From Pseudovirgaria hyperparasitica (Eukaryota): a stretch of DNA of 64,000 nucleotides. A model generated the notes under the pieces. That model was given only the letters and a program-made list of their open reading frames with translations, had not been told where the DNA came from and searched no databases. Positions 24,400 to 37,899 of this stretch are shown here, piece after piece (the first letter of the stretch is position 1; the number at the start of each line of letters is the position of its first letter). Location: the NCBI GenBank assembly GCA_010093815.1, contig ML996583.1; one strand, written 5' to 3'. The translations under genes were made by a program, and so were the position numbers.

Positions 24400-27300
24400 T
24401 CACCTTTTCTTACTGCCTCGTCCGCCGCGACTACTCTTCACTCCTTTACCTTTACTGCCACCCTTACCACCACTGCCCTTGCCTCCCCCCACTCCACCTC
24501 CTTGTACAACTCGAACCTTTGCAACAGGTACAACGCCATAGACTTCAGCTTCTTTCCAAGCTCGAATGGCCTCAATTTCTCCCGGCCACATACGTTCGGT
24601 ATCTTTGCTTTCACGGTCGACGTTTCGAGGTTCTTTTGCTGCAATCTCCCACTTTGAAAGGATGTCCTTAACTGCTTTACCCTTCTTGACTGTCCCGGGC
24701 TGGAGCTTCACTTTGTATTTGTAGTTTGATAGTGCGGTCCAAGGTGCACATACGGGCACCGCAAGTACGATGGAGTCTGCAGGGTGAGGTCGACCGATGA
24801 AAGCGTCTAAGGGTGTTTGCATTGCAGCGAGTTCTTCGGCAGTTGGTTCGTAGTTGGCAGGCTCCTGGTCAGTGGCAGCACCGGTTTTGTCACCACCTTC
24901 AGCAAGAGCAGCACGGCGAGCTTCTTCTGCTGCTTTACCTGCTGCTTGTGCGCGTTGATGTTGCTCTCTTCGCCGCTGTTTTTGAGCCTGTGCTTCTTCT
25001 TCTTTAGCTTTTTGATCGGCGACCTTTGTTGTCTGCGCACTCTGCTCCACGGGTTGAACTCCCAGTAGGCGCAGTGCAAGGGCACGATCCTCTTCGTCCT
25101 GTTCACCATACTTTGCGGCGAGGCGTTTGGCTTTGCTGCGTTTCCCTCTTGGAAGTTGCTTGGTGGGCTGGGTGGCAGTGTTCGAACTAATAGCTGTGGT
25201 AGACTGTTGCTTTGACTGGACTTCATCCTGCGACTCTGTCGTACTCTCTGTGCCGCTTTCTATATGTTGATGCTCGGCTGTCTCTTGCTCACCCTTGCGA
25301 ATGTTACGTCGTTCACGTGCTGTACGGTATTTTGAAATATCATTTCCTGACTCTTCTGTAGTTACCAGGTCACCCAACGCTCCGGACATGGTAAATTTCC
25401 CTGCATCGTCTGCAGCGCCAGTCTGCTCGTCAGAGGAATCGTCGTCAGTGGAGGGTTTCTCAGGCCTGACAGATGATTCCAGTGGGTTATTACGCGCAGG
25501 TCCTCGAGTCTCTGTGTCCTCATCATCATCTGAGCCAGAGTCAAGTCTATCGTCAGGAAGTTCACCGTCACTGTCGCTAGCAGGATGTTTGATATTGCGT
25601 ATGCCGTTTTCGGCTTGACCTGCGTCGAGATCTGTACCCTCTTCGGCGTCTTTCCCAGCCTCGCTCCCAATGACACGGTGCTTAATGTGGTTGATTTTGC
25701 TCTCTTCTGTGATCTGGAACATTACCCCAAACCCAAGAAGTAGCTGCGTAGGAGGCAAAAAGTTTTTCTTGCCAGTGATATTGAAGGCCCCCACAGGTAG
25801 GTACTCGCCGGTTCTACCAAGCTTGGTGACCTGATCAAAGTTCACCCACCACGCTGACATCACAGCTTTTGAGTCCCAAGCTGCAGACGTGCATACACAC
25901 AAGTGACCAGCTTGTGAAAGGGTTGACGGCGGTATAGGGGCATCAGGTGTGGACGCAAGATTCTTGATGACGAAAGGAGACGCTCCGTGCAAGTCTGCAT
26001 ATACGTACACATCCCCTTTCTTCAAGTGTCGCTGATAGATGAGTTCGTTCTGTTGAACGTCTTTACCACCAACAACTAGGTAGCCGTCTGACGAGATGAA
26101 ATAGGTAAACTTCTCAAACCAGAATTTGCCACGAACAGGCCGCAATACTTCTTTTTCTTGCTGTAAACCCTTCTTGAGATCGGCAGCAATCTTCTTCTCC
26201 GTGTTTTTCAGTGCCTTGCCTAGTGACTGAGCAGTCTTTTCCTCTTTGACTGCTGCGTTCTTCTTTGCATCGAAATACTCGTTGGCGTTCTGCCACGGTG
26301 ATAGTCCCAAGTTGATATCAATGGCCAGCCTCCCGTCTTCTGGTGTCAATAGCGCCTTCTTCCTGTTGGCCCCTTCCGGTTCATCCTCACTATCAGAAGT
26401 TGGCTCGGTAGATGATGAGTGGTAACCTTCTTCATCACTCTCTGCGTCGTATGTCTGCTCAGCAAGCAATAAAGTTACCGTGTTCTCGTATAGCTTGAGG
26501 GGAAGCTTGATCATATGAGCCACTGTGTTCCCCTGGGCCTGCTCTCGCTCGATCAAACGAGCTATCTCGACCCAATCCATACCTTTTTCAATAAGACCAT
26601 TTACTGCGCCCATGGCTTCGTGTACACGTTCGACATTGGCTTTTATTGCGTCTGCTTTGCGTATGTGGAGCTGTTGAGCATCTTGTAGTCCACCTAGACG
26701 TTTTGCATGGTCTTCTCGCGCTAGTTCTAGTTTTCTTTTGGCTGTCGCTTCGCGTTCTTGTAGCCGTGTTTCGAGCTTTTGGCCTTCGATAGACGAGAAG
26801 AACTCATCAACGGTCTTGTTGAAACCCTCAAACTCGAGGAATTCGGTTTCAGTGTTGTCCTCAAACTGCTTAGGCCTGAAGGGGTGGAAGTCATCATACA
26901 GTATACTGCTAGAAGATCCACCAGTATCGTTCTCCCCCTGGTGCGTTGAGGTTCGTTTGGCGAGTATAAAGCCTTTTGCGCTGTCTGCGCTAGTGATGTC
27001 ATTTATCGTTTTTCTAGCTTCTCCAAACGCCAACATCAGCTTATCTAGCGCATCATCGTCGTCAAGAATATGATTCGGCTTTATGGTCGAATCGAAGCCT
27101 GTAACCGTGAAAGCATGGTCCATGAGTAGCGGCGGAAACTCCGCGATAGAGGTTGATAAAGCTTTTCTTAGCGCATCCTTTTCTTTGGCTTTTGATTTCT
27201 TGCCCGAGGCAGCATCCTTCTCCTGTCGCTGGATTGCCTTTTGTAACCCAGCCTTGATTCGTTCCTTCGTTAGTGGTGGCACGCCGCCATAATTTTGTCG

Positions 27301-27863
27301 CATGGATATGTCATATTTGAGTCCGGCGCGCAGCTGCTCATGTTCCTCGCCTTCACTGACAGATCGCCACAGTGCCAGTATCTTCAAGTCCGCATCGGTC
27401 AATATTATGTTACCTGCTGCGTAAAATTCCAAGTACAATCGAAATATCCCATCCGAAAATTGGAACTCTATGACTCGGTCCGTGCCAACTTGAGCTACTG
27501 AGGTCACTCTTCTGGTTCTAAGTATCTTTCGTAGGCGTTCCGTGAACGGGGAAGGTTCGGTCGCAGTCGTGCGCGCATATTGGGTCAGATGGCAGCGGAA
27601 GCCCGACTCGATAATTAGCTGTTCTCGCTGGCCGGGCTTCTGAAACTTGATCAGAAAGATACGCTGAGCATTGTTAGCCTATTCATTGGACCGATATCGG
27701 TTTACAAACAGATGATAAGTCGTAGATGTTCTGAACTCGTAAGGAACATAGACTTTTTGAGAGTTCATGTGCGATGACCTTGGCAGGGAAGATTAGCTGT
27801 GGTCATCGTGAATGCGGGCAAAGGCCGTACAGTAACATCTAAAGAGGAAAATCGTTGTTTCAT
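24400..27863 (-). CDS. RQC2: Ribosome quality control subunit Rqc2/Tae2/NEMF (NFACT family); introns 27779-27830 and 27664-27709
   Basis: MKQRFSSLDV, RVQNIYDLS, LYLEFYAAGNIILTD, FWFEKFTYFISSDGYLVVGGKDVQQNE, AVPVCAPW..L.NYKYKVKLQPG..KKGKA. Confidence 0.95.
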
Positions 27864-28394
27864 GCTGTATTTAATATATTCCAGCGTGAGTGTGTCGAGC
27901 GTATAGACCCAGCTGGTGAATGTCAGGTGTTTGTCAAAGACCACATTTTCGGACCTCGTAGATTGTCATTGAACTGACGTCTTGCCCCACTAAATAGAGT
28001 ACAGGCCCGCGGCTCGCAGCTTGCGGCGTTCGGGAGTGTCACACTCGAGGTCTGAGGTTTCCTGCAGCTTGTTGTTCACATCACATAGAGATTCGCGAAA
28101 TAGTGTTGTGTTGATCGTCACATCCTTGAATGCTTCTTGATCTCATTCAATGCATTCGGGCGAGATATGCGCCATGTAGCTGCTCCTAACTGTAAAACCC
28201 CCGGCCCTTCCCACCGTTAATCGCGAAGTCCAAATTCCGATATGCGGAGCAGGATAGAACTGCGTCAATAGCAAGGGCCACTCCGGAATCTACGAGCTAT
28301 ACCGGAGTGAGCCAGCCGGCCAGACAGCTTTCGTACTCTTCATGTGGTTGATACCAGTACCGTTCCCTATACAACCATAAACGCCTTTCTCCTT

Positions 28395-29047
28395 TCACAT
28401 TTGGCGCAACCGGTCCGCTAATCTAGACTTGCCAAACTCCCATGCATTCAAAAGTCCCTGCTCAGAAAGATCGATTCCCTTCATGGATGTCATGTCCTGC
28501 GCCGGGGGCCGGCTCACCCTTGATGCGACCACAACTGGGTCCGTCTCGAGCACAATACCATCATCGATGATTTCGTCAATTGCAAGGGATACAAGGTCAT
28601 AATTTTCGATTATCGTTCGCTTGTCTACGGTGTTTCTGCTTACGGTCAGCGATTTAGCAGATAATCAAGAGGCGAAACTCACTTAAGCAGGATATTTAAA
28701 GAATCCCTTAGAGCTAGAATAACATTGTAGAGCAGGATCTCATTCTCGTCTGCGCCTCCGACCACGTATAACATTATGTCACTTTCCATCTTGAATACTA
28801 CGACACGATTATCGTAGAGTATGATATCGCTTGTCTGCTTAGCAGTCTTTTCAAGTAACCCTTTCTCGAAGGCTTTCTGGTCTTTCAGGTTTGGGTACGG
28901 ATTTGCGCCTGGGTAGCTGGTAGAGTTGGCAGGAGTGCCCGCTGGAGGGTGCGGAGGTGCATAGTATTTCGCGAGAATTCGAGACGAATCGTCCGTTGCC
29001 AGGACGAGGATCGCATTGACTGAGAACAATGACACGTTTGGAGCCAT
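28395..29047 (-). CDS. RET3: Coatomer subunit zeta; intron 28636-28682
   Basis: SRILAKYY, LKDQKAFEKGLLEKT, LYVVGGADENEILL, DKRTIIENYDLVSLAIDEIIDDGIVLETDP. Confidence 0.94.
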
Positions 29048-29243
29048 TATGAAAGTCAAGATCGTCGTAGCAGGGAGGAGACAGAATGGCGACCTGTTCG
29101 TCTTCGTCTTCATGCTCATGGAAGGATGGTCGTGGCCTTGGCCGGTCAAACTTCGGCTGGACTCTAGAGGTCTGCAGGGACAAATTTACAGGCGACGCGA
29201 CAACATCTTCTGCACTCACTCGAGAGTCGTAGTTGACGGCTCA

Positions 29244-31637
29244 ATGGCATCCAAAAAGATCGTGAACGGTGTCATATGTCCACACGCCCCTTTCCTTGTC
29301 CCTAGAAGCTGCTGGTCTTTGTTATCCTGCGTAGATCAACGGATATCCGTTTCGCGATGGCCACCGGCCTTACAACAGCACTTCGCAACGGACAGTGCAC
29401 CCAAAAAGCAGTCAAAATATCTGCTACGGAAAAAGGTCGAATCATATAAGCGAGATCACAAAGTAAAACATTATGGGGTTCCTGATAGCGCCGAGAAATT
29501 GGTTAGTCACTCCACCACTCTGATGCAACAACATTAGAGCTAATAATTCTTAAAGGATACCATCATGCGATGCCGAGAATTCCTACACAACGGCGAGCTG
29601 GCTGAAGTCATGCGACTATACCCGGTCTTGATAGCCGAGGCTCTTCTTTCACCAAGAGACACTAAAACCATCGCACAGTTGGTTCACAGGAAGATACGAG
29701 GCACGAGGAATCGGAATTTCGACGGATCCGGACTTTTGGCATTCACCAACATACTCGTCCGCGATTTGCAGGCGAGGAGGCTACCGCCAGAAAGTCAAGC
29801 GATCGTGCACCTTTTGTCAATCTACAAAGAGACCAAGGAGTATGAGTCAGGAGTGCAACTCTGGCAGTGGTTAGTCCAACAGAACGAGGAATATGTCAGT
29901 CAAGAGATATATGGATCTGCAATTGAGCTACTTGCGTACCAAGGGGAGGTCCCTTTGAGTGAGCTTGAGGACTTGTACGCAACGGCACTGAAACGATTCC
30001 CGGACGGTTTCATTGAATATCATATCTCACCAGAGGCCGTTCTTCCTGATCGCTCTCAACCTAATCGAATTCGCATAAAAGCAATGCTCCTCCAAGGTAT
30101 CATCACTGCCAGACTACTGCACCGAGACTGGAGGAATGCATACATCGGACTGGATGTATGTCTACGACTGTTCCCAACTCAGACACCATGGAGGATTTTT
30201 GAGGTATTTCTCCAGGAGCGGCCATATGCTGAAGCGTTTCCCGTCTTCATGATGGCTTGCCGATCAGGGCTATGCCCGAAGCCTGAGGCGCTGACAATCT
30301 GGCTGAATGCGATGACTCAAAGTATAAAAGTGAATTCGATATCCCACTGTTTACTAATCGTAAGGGGCTTTGCTGCCGCTCTCCAAGGATATGTGGGTGC
30401 TGGAGGACAGCTGGCTCCCCATCTTCTTGGGGTGGTGGTCAAGGCTTTGGACTCGATGGTGCCGTTTCGAAGCTTTGAGCAGAAACCCAGCGAAAACGGC
30501 AAATTGGTTCTTGAGTGCGCTGAACAGCTCATGTCGCTCTTCTACTACACCGGAATCCATCCTACACTTCCGACGCTCGGAACTCTCATCACACTCGCCG
30601 GCAAAGCGGGACGAGCTGATATTTTCGAATCAGCCACAAACATGATGACGCAAAATTCAACAGACAGGAATCCCATTCAGTACCGGATATGTCTTGTTGC
30701 TGCGGGCCAGCTCGGAAGTAAGAGTGTGTTGGAGCGTGTATGGCAAGATATTGTAGACGAAGCTCAAGCCAGGGGGTATCAGTTGACTCAAACGGAATGG
30801 GTCGCGTTTGCATACGCAGGAAAGGTGACGCGACATGTCAAATACGTTGCGGCGCAAATGGAAGCGTTGAGCCACACAATGACCGAGGAAATCCAGGAGT
30901 CAATCCGCACTACACTTGACGGTCCTACTTTATCGGCAAAAGACAATCTGCGCGAGTTTGACCATGAGGCATTGGAGCTGAATCTTCAGCAATTCATGAC
31001 AACGTTCAATCAAGTTGCGCGAATGCTACAGGCGAATGATCTGCAATATTTCAAGGACTCCTCATTGCCAATGATCCTCGGACCCCCAATCATCACGGCT
31101 AGCGACGAGGTGCTCCGCGCAGTGTACGACAAGCTCACTACGGTCCCAGACCAGCCGATACCGGAGCACAACAGTCAAACGCAGATCTTCGTGAGCACGA
31201 CCGGCATCCCGCTCGCAGATCTCCGGTTCGCGAACTGGAAGACAATAAACGAGATCTTAGCACTAGCGGAGCACTACGAGGCGAGTCGCAGTAGCGTCTT
31301 GAAGCAGAACATGGAGAGCGGCAGCCCATTTGACAGCGTCAAGTTCAGCCAGAACCTTGCTCACTACTACAGCGACGCCGAGGTGGCACGCCTCACGACC
31401 ATTGAGAAGTCAGCCGTGGACAGCGCGGCGCAGCAGGACGCCGAGGAGCAGTCTGTGGAAGACGCCATCAACAGTGTCTTCGACAAAAGGGGCCGGTTGC
31501 TCGAGCCCCTGGGGTCGCAGAAGAGTGACGAGGACGTCGAGGTGGAGACGAAGTGGGCAGAGGTGCTGAAGGAGCATGTGGAGGATGAGTCGGCGGTCAT
31601 GACGCAGGTGCTGCGTCTCCGTGGGCGCAAGGCATGA
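29244..31637 (+). CDS. Hypothetical helical-repeat (PPR-like) protein, probably mitochondrial; intron 29502-29555
   Basis: Basic presequence-like N-terminus; PPR-like segments (EIYGSAIELLA, GIHPTLPTLGTLITLAGKAGRAD, IQYRICLVAAGQLG). Confidence 0.65.
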
Positions 31638-31776
31638 TGATGTACGTCGTACATTGTGCGTGGATCGGTCTTGTACTGTATTGGATTGTATATAGTGTAT
31701 CATAGTCACGACAAAGTATAATATAGTGTACATTCATTATGACTTGCTGATGATCTATGCATGGTAATTACATGCA

Positions 31777-31915
31777 CAGACTACAGACTAGATAGAACAT
31801 GGGCTACAGACTAGACTATAGACTACAGGCTAGAACACAGACCACACTCTAGAATACAGACTAGACTATAGCCTACAGACTAGACGACAAGCTACAAAGG
31901 ACTACAAGAAATTAC
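31777..31915 (+). repeat. Degenerate GACTA/GACTACA tandem low-complexity repeat
   Basis: cagactacagactaga...ctacagactagactatagactacaggctag... repeated motifs. Confidence 0.75.
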
Positions 31916-32471
31916 AAGAAAAGAGAAATGACATTCATGGTGCGTGCGTGCGTGTGTGGGTGCGTTGGAATAGAGTTTAATTCAGAGTTTACGTCTCGGT
32001 TTGTTTGAGTTCATAAATTACGTTTCCGTTTTACGTTTGCGTTTACACTCAAGATCCAAGTTCAAGAAGGCTATTTCATTTCAAAATTTATACGATGATG
32101 ACGACATATCGATATTTTTTTGAACCGTACGGTTAGTAATACCTACCTGGTAGGCCAGGACACGCTGACGTAAAAGCACATACCACATAATTACAACACT
32201 AAATCACTGATTAATCAATCATTCAATCCTCTTTAGTAAAAGTACACAGCACAGCGTCGTCTCACAGCGACGCACTGACTAGTTCGATCCCCTTATACCA
32301 CACATTGAACTCGCACGCTCAGGCAAGGAAACGCTCTAGAAAACGCCTGATGAACACCCATCTCCCCGATCCCGGAACCCATCAGATCCATCAGCACACC
32401 CAGAATTAACGTAAGCATCCCCTTTTCCCTCCTTGCCCCTTTTTCAACCCTACACAAAATGCCTCGACATA

Positions 32472-32816
32472 TCACCTCCTTCCCTCCGCGCCGTGATAAC
32501 AGCTACTACCATCCAAGGACCAATCCGAGTCCTCGCTGATGCTGCTGCTGCGATCCGAGGCACAGCTGGGAAAGCCAAAGTCGACGGGCGAGGGGGGCGG
32601 CGGAGCGGGGGTTTCGTAGAGGTAGGAGGAGTTGCGGTGGTGGGATGATGTGGTTGATGTTGTTCTTGACGTCGAGGTTGATGTGAGGGAGGAGGGAGAG
32701 GTGGAGATGCGGAGGGCGGCGGAGACGTCGTGGCCGAACGACGGGTTTGTGCAGAGGGAGAGGTTGTGGTGGGCGGGTTTGGAGGAGGGTTTGCTGGGGG
32801 TTTTGGAGGATGACAT
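32472..32816 (-). CDS. Small hypothetical Ser/Thr-rich protein (114 aa)
   Basis: ATG in AAAATG context after a C/A-rich leader; TATA-like tttatatata on the minus strand near 33060; low complexity. Confidence 0.45.
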   Translation of the reverse strand: MSSSKTPSKPSSKPAHHNLSLCTNPSFGHDVSAALRISTSPSSLTSTSTSRTTSTTSSHHRNSSYLYETPAPPPPSPVDFGFPSCASDRSSSISEDSDWSLDGSSCYHGAEGRR

Positions 32817-33998
32817 TTTTAGGTGTTTGGTGGTGAGGTTTGGTTTGGTTGTTTGGGGTAGTAGTAGTAGTGGTGGTGGTGGTGTGATTCGTGTGTTTTG
32901 TTGGTCGAGAGCCGGGTAGACGGACGCAAGTGTGGCTTTATCTAGGACTGTGGACAGACAAAGAAGACGGAGACTCTTTGTTGAATGGTTCAAGGGGCGT
33001 TGTGACGGGTGTATTTTTGTCTCGGAGCAAGAGGCACGGCGGAGACCTGCGTATATATAAACATCAGCACGGGCGGGAGGGATGAGGGCGCGGTGCGTTG
33101 GCAGTGAACCATGGCACCAGCAAAGCAGGGCTTACCGAGATGATGCGGAGGAGGAAAGTGACAATCCTTCTTGTCTGGTCTTGTCTTGTCTGGCGTTGGC
33201 AAAGGGCGGAGACGTGTCAGACAGGACTCGTCTGGGGCTGGGGGGGGAGAGAAGCAGTAAGCCGGGCTTTTTTAAGTTTGTCAGGGCGCGGACGGAGTGT
33301 GCGGACGAGACGGAGTGGATGTGAATGGTGTAGCAGGTCCAAGCAGGGGGAAACAGGGCGACAAGGGATGATATATGAATGAAGAATGCAGAACGCAGAA
33401 TGAAGAATGCACAGTCGGAGTGGAGCGTGGTGCAAACGGAGGGATCGTCTTTTCGCAGATATGGGGAACCGGGGGGGGAGGGCAATAAAGTATTCATTCA
33501 CTCATTCATCTATCCATCTATTCATCCATTCATCCATTCATTCGCGTATTCATTCACGGGCCAAGGCTAATACCGGCTACACGAAGAAGCAAGACGAAGC
33601 TAACGGGGGTCCTTCACCGCTCAGGGCATCGGAAGGAAGTCTGCTTGCGTGTGCGTCAGTGTGTTTGAAGAAGCCTGAGTCAGGAAATGAAGCAGAAAGT
33701 AATTATTATATCTTCCTATTTTCCTCCTAAAAGTCTGGGGGAGCCGAAAGGGGGAAAGCCGTCCGCTGTTTTTGGCGGTGGAGGAAGGCGCGCCAAACAC
33801 GCCCCATGCCGCACTAAATTAGGGGAACCCACCCCCCAAAAACCGGGTGCCCTCTGCCCAGAAATTAGTGGGATTAGTGGGATTTAGTGGCAGCAAAGAG
33901 CAAATGCGATTCATTGATTTCACTCTTTCCCCACGACCTCCGATCGCCCTGTCCTTGTCTTGTGTTTTCTTGTGTTGTTCACTTGCTCCAGTCTGCGC

Positions 33999-34037
33999 TC
34001 TCCAGTCTCCAGTCTCCAGTCTCCAGTCTCCAGTCTC
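33999..34037 (+). repeat. (CTCCAGT)n heptamer tandem repeat
   Basis: About five consecutive ctccagt units. Confidence 0.85.
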
Positions 34038-37000
34038 CGCTTCATTCCTCCACGCCCGCAAGCTCAACTCAGCTGCACGTTTGACGCCCAAATCTCCGCC
34101 TCATCGTTCTCCTGCGTTTGCCTCCGTCTGCTTGTGTCGCCATCTTGCATGCCGTTTCATCGGCTTGTTTCCATCTGACGCTCAAACCGAGGCGTGGCAC
34201 GCACATCTGCTGTGCTGACGCATACACTTCCTTGTGCCTTGTGCCCCCGTCCGTCAGGACTGCTGTCCTTATTTCAGGCCAGCTGTGGTGGAGGCGGACG
34301 TCTGGGGAACGCGATCGCGCAACGGGGAACGGCCCTGCCCGAGTGGATGGGCGATGGTGATGACTGCGTCGACCGAATCGTACCGTAATTCGTCTCGACA
34401 CGCGCCATGGATTGCTGAGATGAGACCATGTCACTCAATCAATCAATCCGAGTGTGGAGTGGACGCGATCGGCGCCGTGGTACTTGCAGTTTACTCCTGT
34501 GTGCCCCCCGGACTCCAGAGTCTGATTGACTGCTCATGTCTCGTTACTGGACATGCTGCTGTCTTGCACACTCAGCAATATCGTAGCGAGCCATGTTGTG
34601 ACTGTGCCTCGTCCATCAATGTCATTCCACCGTGTCACGCCGAGAGTAGTATATACGGCGACGCGGCGACTCCAGACAGTTGGCCTCTTGGCCGCTGGAC
34701 ACGACATGCCTTGACTGGAGCTCGGCCGCCGCAAGACCGACTCTGAGACGGCTTGGATGGACACCTCGCCGTCCTCGTCTTTGTCCAACTCGAAGTCGAG
34801 CGTGCGTTTACAGGGTGTGGAAGTAAGGGGTAGGGTATAGTGAGTGTCTACGTGGACAACCACAACCGTAGCACCCCCACGCACATCCGCATTCATGGAA
34901 CAGGAAAAGAAAGAGAAGAAGAAAAAGAAAAAAAGAAAGCCTGGTTTGATCTCCACCGTCTCCACGCCGCGTCCACGCTTCCCCAGCATCTCCACTTCCC
35001 TAGATCCCACTATTCCAGGTTTCCCCCCTAAACCCGCCAATACGGCCCCGGGCTTGTCCGCCCACGCTTCTTGCACTCACTCTCAGTAGTAGTATCAGAC
35101 ACACACACAACCAACACAACACATAGCTGGCTGCCCAGTGCTCGCCTCATCTCGTTGTCTGGCGCCTACACCACGCCAGGATGGTTTCTCGAACGCACAC
35201 GGAATAACCTGCCGTCGTCGCACGCCCACATCACACACGGGACTTCGTAGCCGTTTGCACCGCACGCTGGCCAACCGTCGGTCCATCGCAGCACCCGATC
35301 CATGCCTTTGCTTGCCTTTGCTGTCCTGTCTCCAGTCGAGAAGGAAGAATCATGGAACAACGCCCCGAATCTCGACGCATATTGGCCACTACAATACCAC
35401 CCCAAACACGCACCAGCAGATCGTACACCGGGCCCCAGCTTGGCACCTGCAACGACAACTCCCGAGCCAGATGGACGGCACGCAGGTACCGCGCAACCCA
35501 GTCAGCCCCTGTCGTCGTGTCGTCTTCTTTCATTCAGGTTGCTTGCCTTCTGTGACGTACCGTGTCCATGGCGGAGGAGGCCTTTTTGCCTGCTTGCTTG
35601 CTTGATTGATTGATACTCTGATACTTTGATACTCGCGTCAACCTTACCCCCCCTCCGTTTCCGTCCTCTCGTTCGTTGCCCGGAGTAATTCGTATCTTAT
35701 CTCACGAATGTCTCACTCACTAAACACGCATATTCTAGAATGAGCAAATGCTAGTCTAGTCTGAACGATCAGCGACTATAAGATTAGTGCGTATGTGAGA
35801 GAGCCCTGGCCGCCGCCTGGGAGGGATCGAACAAGGCCGCCAACGGACGGGCTCCCCCCGGCAGCTCGCCCCGTTCCCCGCGCCTACATACTCTAGCGCT
35901 CGCCCGGGGAGGTCTACGGGTGGGTGTGGGTGTCCCACAATGGATGGATGGATCTGACCGGCTATTTAATTAGTAGGAAAGAAAAATCGATATCGATAAT
36001 CGTCGTTGATTTATCTATGTACGTACAGCAGCTGCTGGAGCTAGCTTTCGGGGGACGAATATATCATATCGCCCGTTGATCGAGCCGGTGTTTGTATTCA
36101 TTTTCATATTCACATTCATATTGAGAGCAGACGGGACCGGGCAGTTTCGATCATACCTAGACTCGGCCTAACGACCGTTGACCGTTCTATGGATATCTCA
36201 GACTTGTTGCTCCCTACTGCACTGCACTGCACTGCACCCGTCCGTCAAGTCGTCAATCCTGCCGTCTAGAACGCCACGATCCGCACTATGATATCACGAA
36301 CAAAAGTAATATAGTACACATCTACTCCAAATATACACGCTCTCTGCGAGTACCCTGATGGCCAACTAATATCCCATCTTTCCCCCATTCATCTCCATCT
36401 CCATCTCCATCCATCTACGCAGCGCACATCGTACCGCGCGCCGCCCATCGCACATCGCACCGCACTGTAGATCAACCGTCCAAGCTCCCCGGCTCTAATC
36501 GCTGCCGATAGAGTGTTGGAGGTCAATTCCAGATCAATACCCGTACGGGTATACCGCTCGGTTAGACTATTAATTAGTGGATGGTGTATTTCTCCGACTT
36601 TGCTAGATAATTAGTCAGCTAATTAATTGTCTAGCTGAGTGAGTGAGTGAGAGTAATTACTGGACGCTCTCCATCTGTCGGCATGGCGGCGTGCGGGTAA
36701 TTGGCGTGTACTTGATGGGGAAATATATATGTATGTGTTGGATTGGGTGGTGGTGTTTTTTATTAGGGTTTGGTGCATGTATATATGAATGAGTATATAC
36801 ACACCGTAGAACACGCATTACGCATAGCTACCATATCGACCATGCCGAAGCGATGTAATAATTACTGCTAAGGATGATTCTAGACTACCGATAGTGAGGG
36901 TTAGTGTCCATAATTATCGGATAGCCCATCTTGCCCTTCTCGTCCTTTCTCCCTCGCCTACCTCCCTCCCTACCGTGCGCGTTAATTATTAAGCTAAGTC

Positions 37001-37120
37001 GGAACTTGCTCCTTCTTTGCTCGTTTTGTGCTTTGTGCTTTGCTCTCTTTGTGCTTTGTGTCTCCGTCTCCGTCTACGTATGTGTCTTAGTATGCGTCTT
37101 AGTATGCGTCTCCGTCTGCC

Positions 37121-37280
37121 CTGCTCTGCCCTGCTCTACTCTGCTCTGCCCTGCTCTACTCTGCTCTGCCCTGCTCTACTCTGCTCTGCCCTGCTCTACT
37201 CTGCTCTGCCCTGCTCTACTCTGCTCTGCCCTGCTCTACTCTGCTCTGCCCTGCTCTACTCTGCTCTGCCCTGCTCTACT
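37121..37280 (+). repeat. Perfect minisatellite, 8 x 20 bp CTGCTCTGCCCTGCTCTACT
   Basis: Directly visible identical units built from pentamers. Confidence 0.95.
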
Positions 37281-37899
37281 CACTCCACTCCCCACTCCCT
37301 CCAAAGTCCACACAGTCATCCAATTTCGTGTGTTCGTGTCCATATATGCATTTAACCCCGTGCGTATCCGTATTAATGAACTGCTAAATAGTGTCCGCGG
37401 GCCCCGGGTTCCGGGTTCCCCGTCCCCCCCCGTTCCAGCCGTTCTACCCCATCCATCCACCCAGTCGCTGGCTCCCGTCGGATCATGCACGTATACATGC
37501 ACGTACGTTCGTTTCGGGTTCCTTCTGTTTCACGCCCCGTGTTTTGTAGAGCTGGCGTATTTTTAGTCGTGCTTGCTTGACGGCTTGGAAGGGGTTTGGG
37601 AGGGGCTTAGAATAGGGGTTGGAAGAGGGCTTAGAAGGGGGGCGGAGAGAGAGAGAGAGGGACTAGAAAGAGAATTGGAAAGAGGATTGGAGAGCAGACA
37701 GGTTATAAAGTAATTACTACTTAGATTGCGTCGAATGCGTGCGTGTATAATGGCGAAGGGTGATGTGTTGATATTGGATATATATATATAGTGTTTGCTT
37801 ACTATGAATATGGGTTTTTAAGCTATTTTTTGATGATGTTTAGTCTAATGATGGTTGATTTGTGATGATGTGCAAGTGGTGGTGTGGAGAATTATAGAT

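Noticed and set aside
17700..24400. Intact transposon or Starship-type element carrying the RelA/SpoT gene
   Set aside because: No tyrosine recombinase, transposase or RT motifs, terminal repeats or target-site duplication recognised
33000..35950. Many overlapping 60-180 aa ORFs on both strands
   Set aside because: Low-complexity or SSR-derived, no recognisable domains or consistent splice structure
37121..37280. Possible CRISPR-like array
   Set aside because: Contiguous identical units with no spacers; eukaryotic context and no cas genes
36931..37566. 211-aa Cys/Leu-rich ORF (PALPCSTLL repeats) and its overlapping 112-aa ORF
   Set aside because: Produced by the stop-free minisatellite; non-ATG starts; no coding signal
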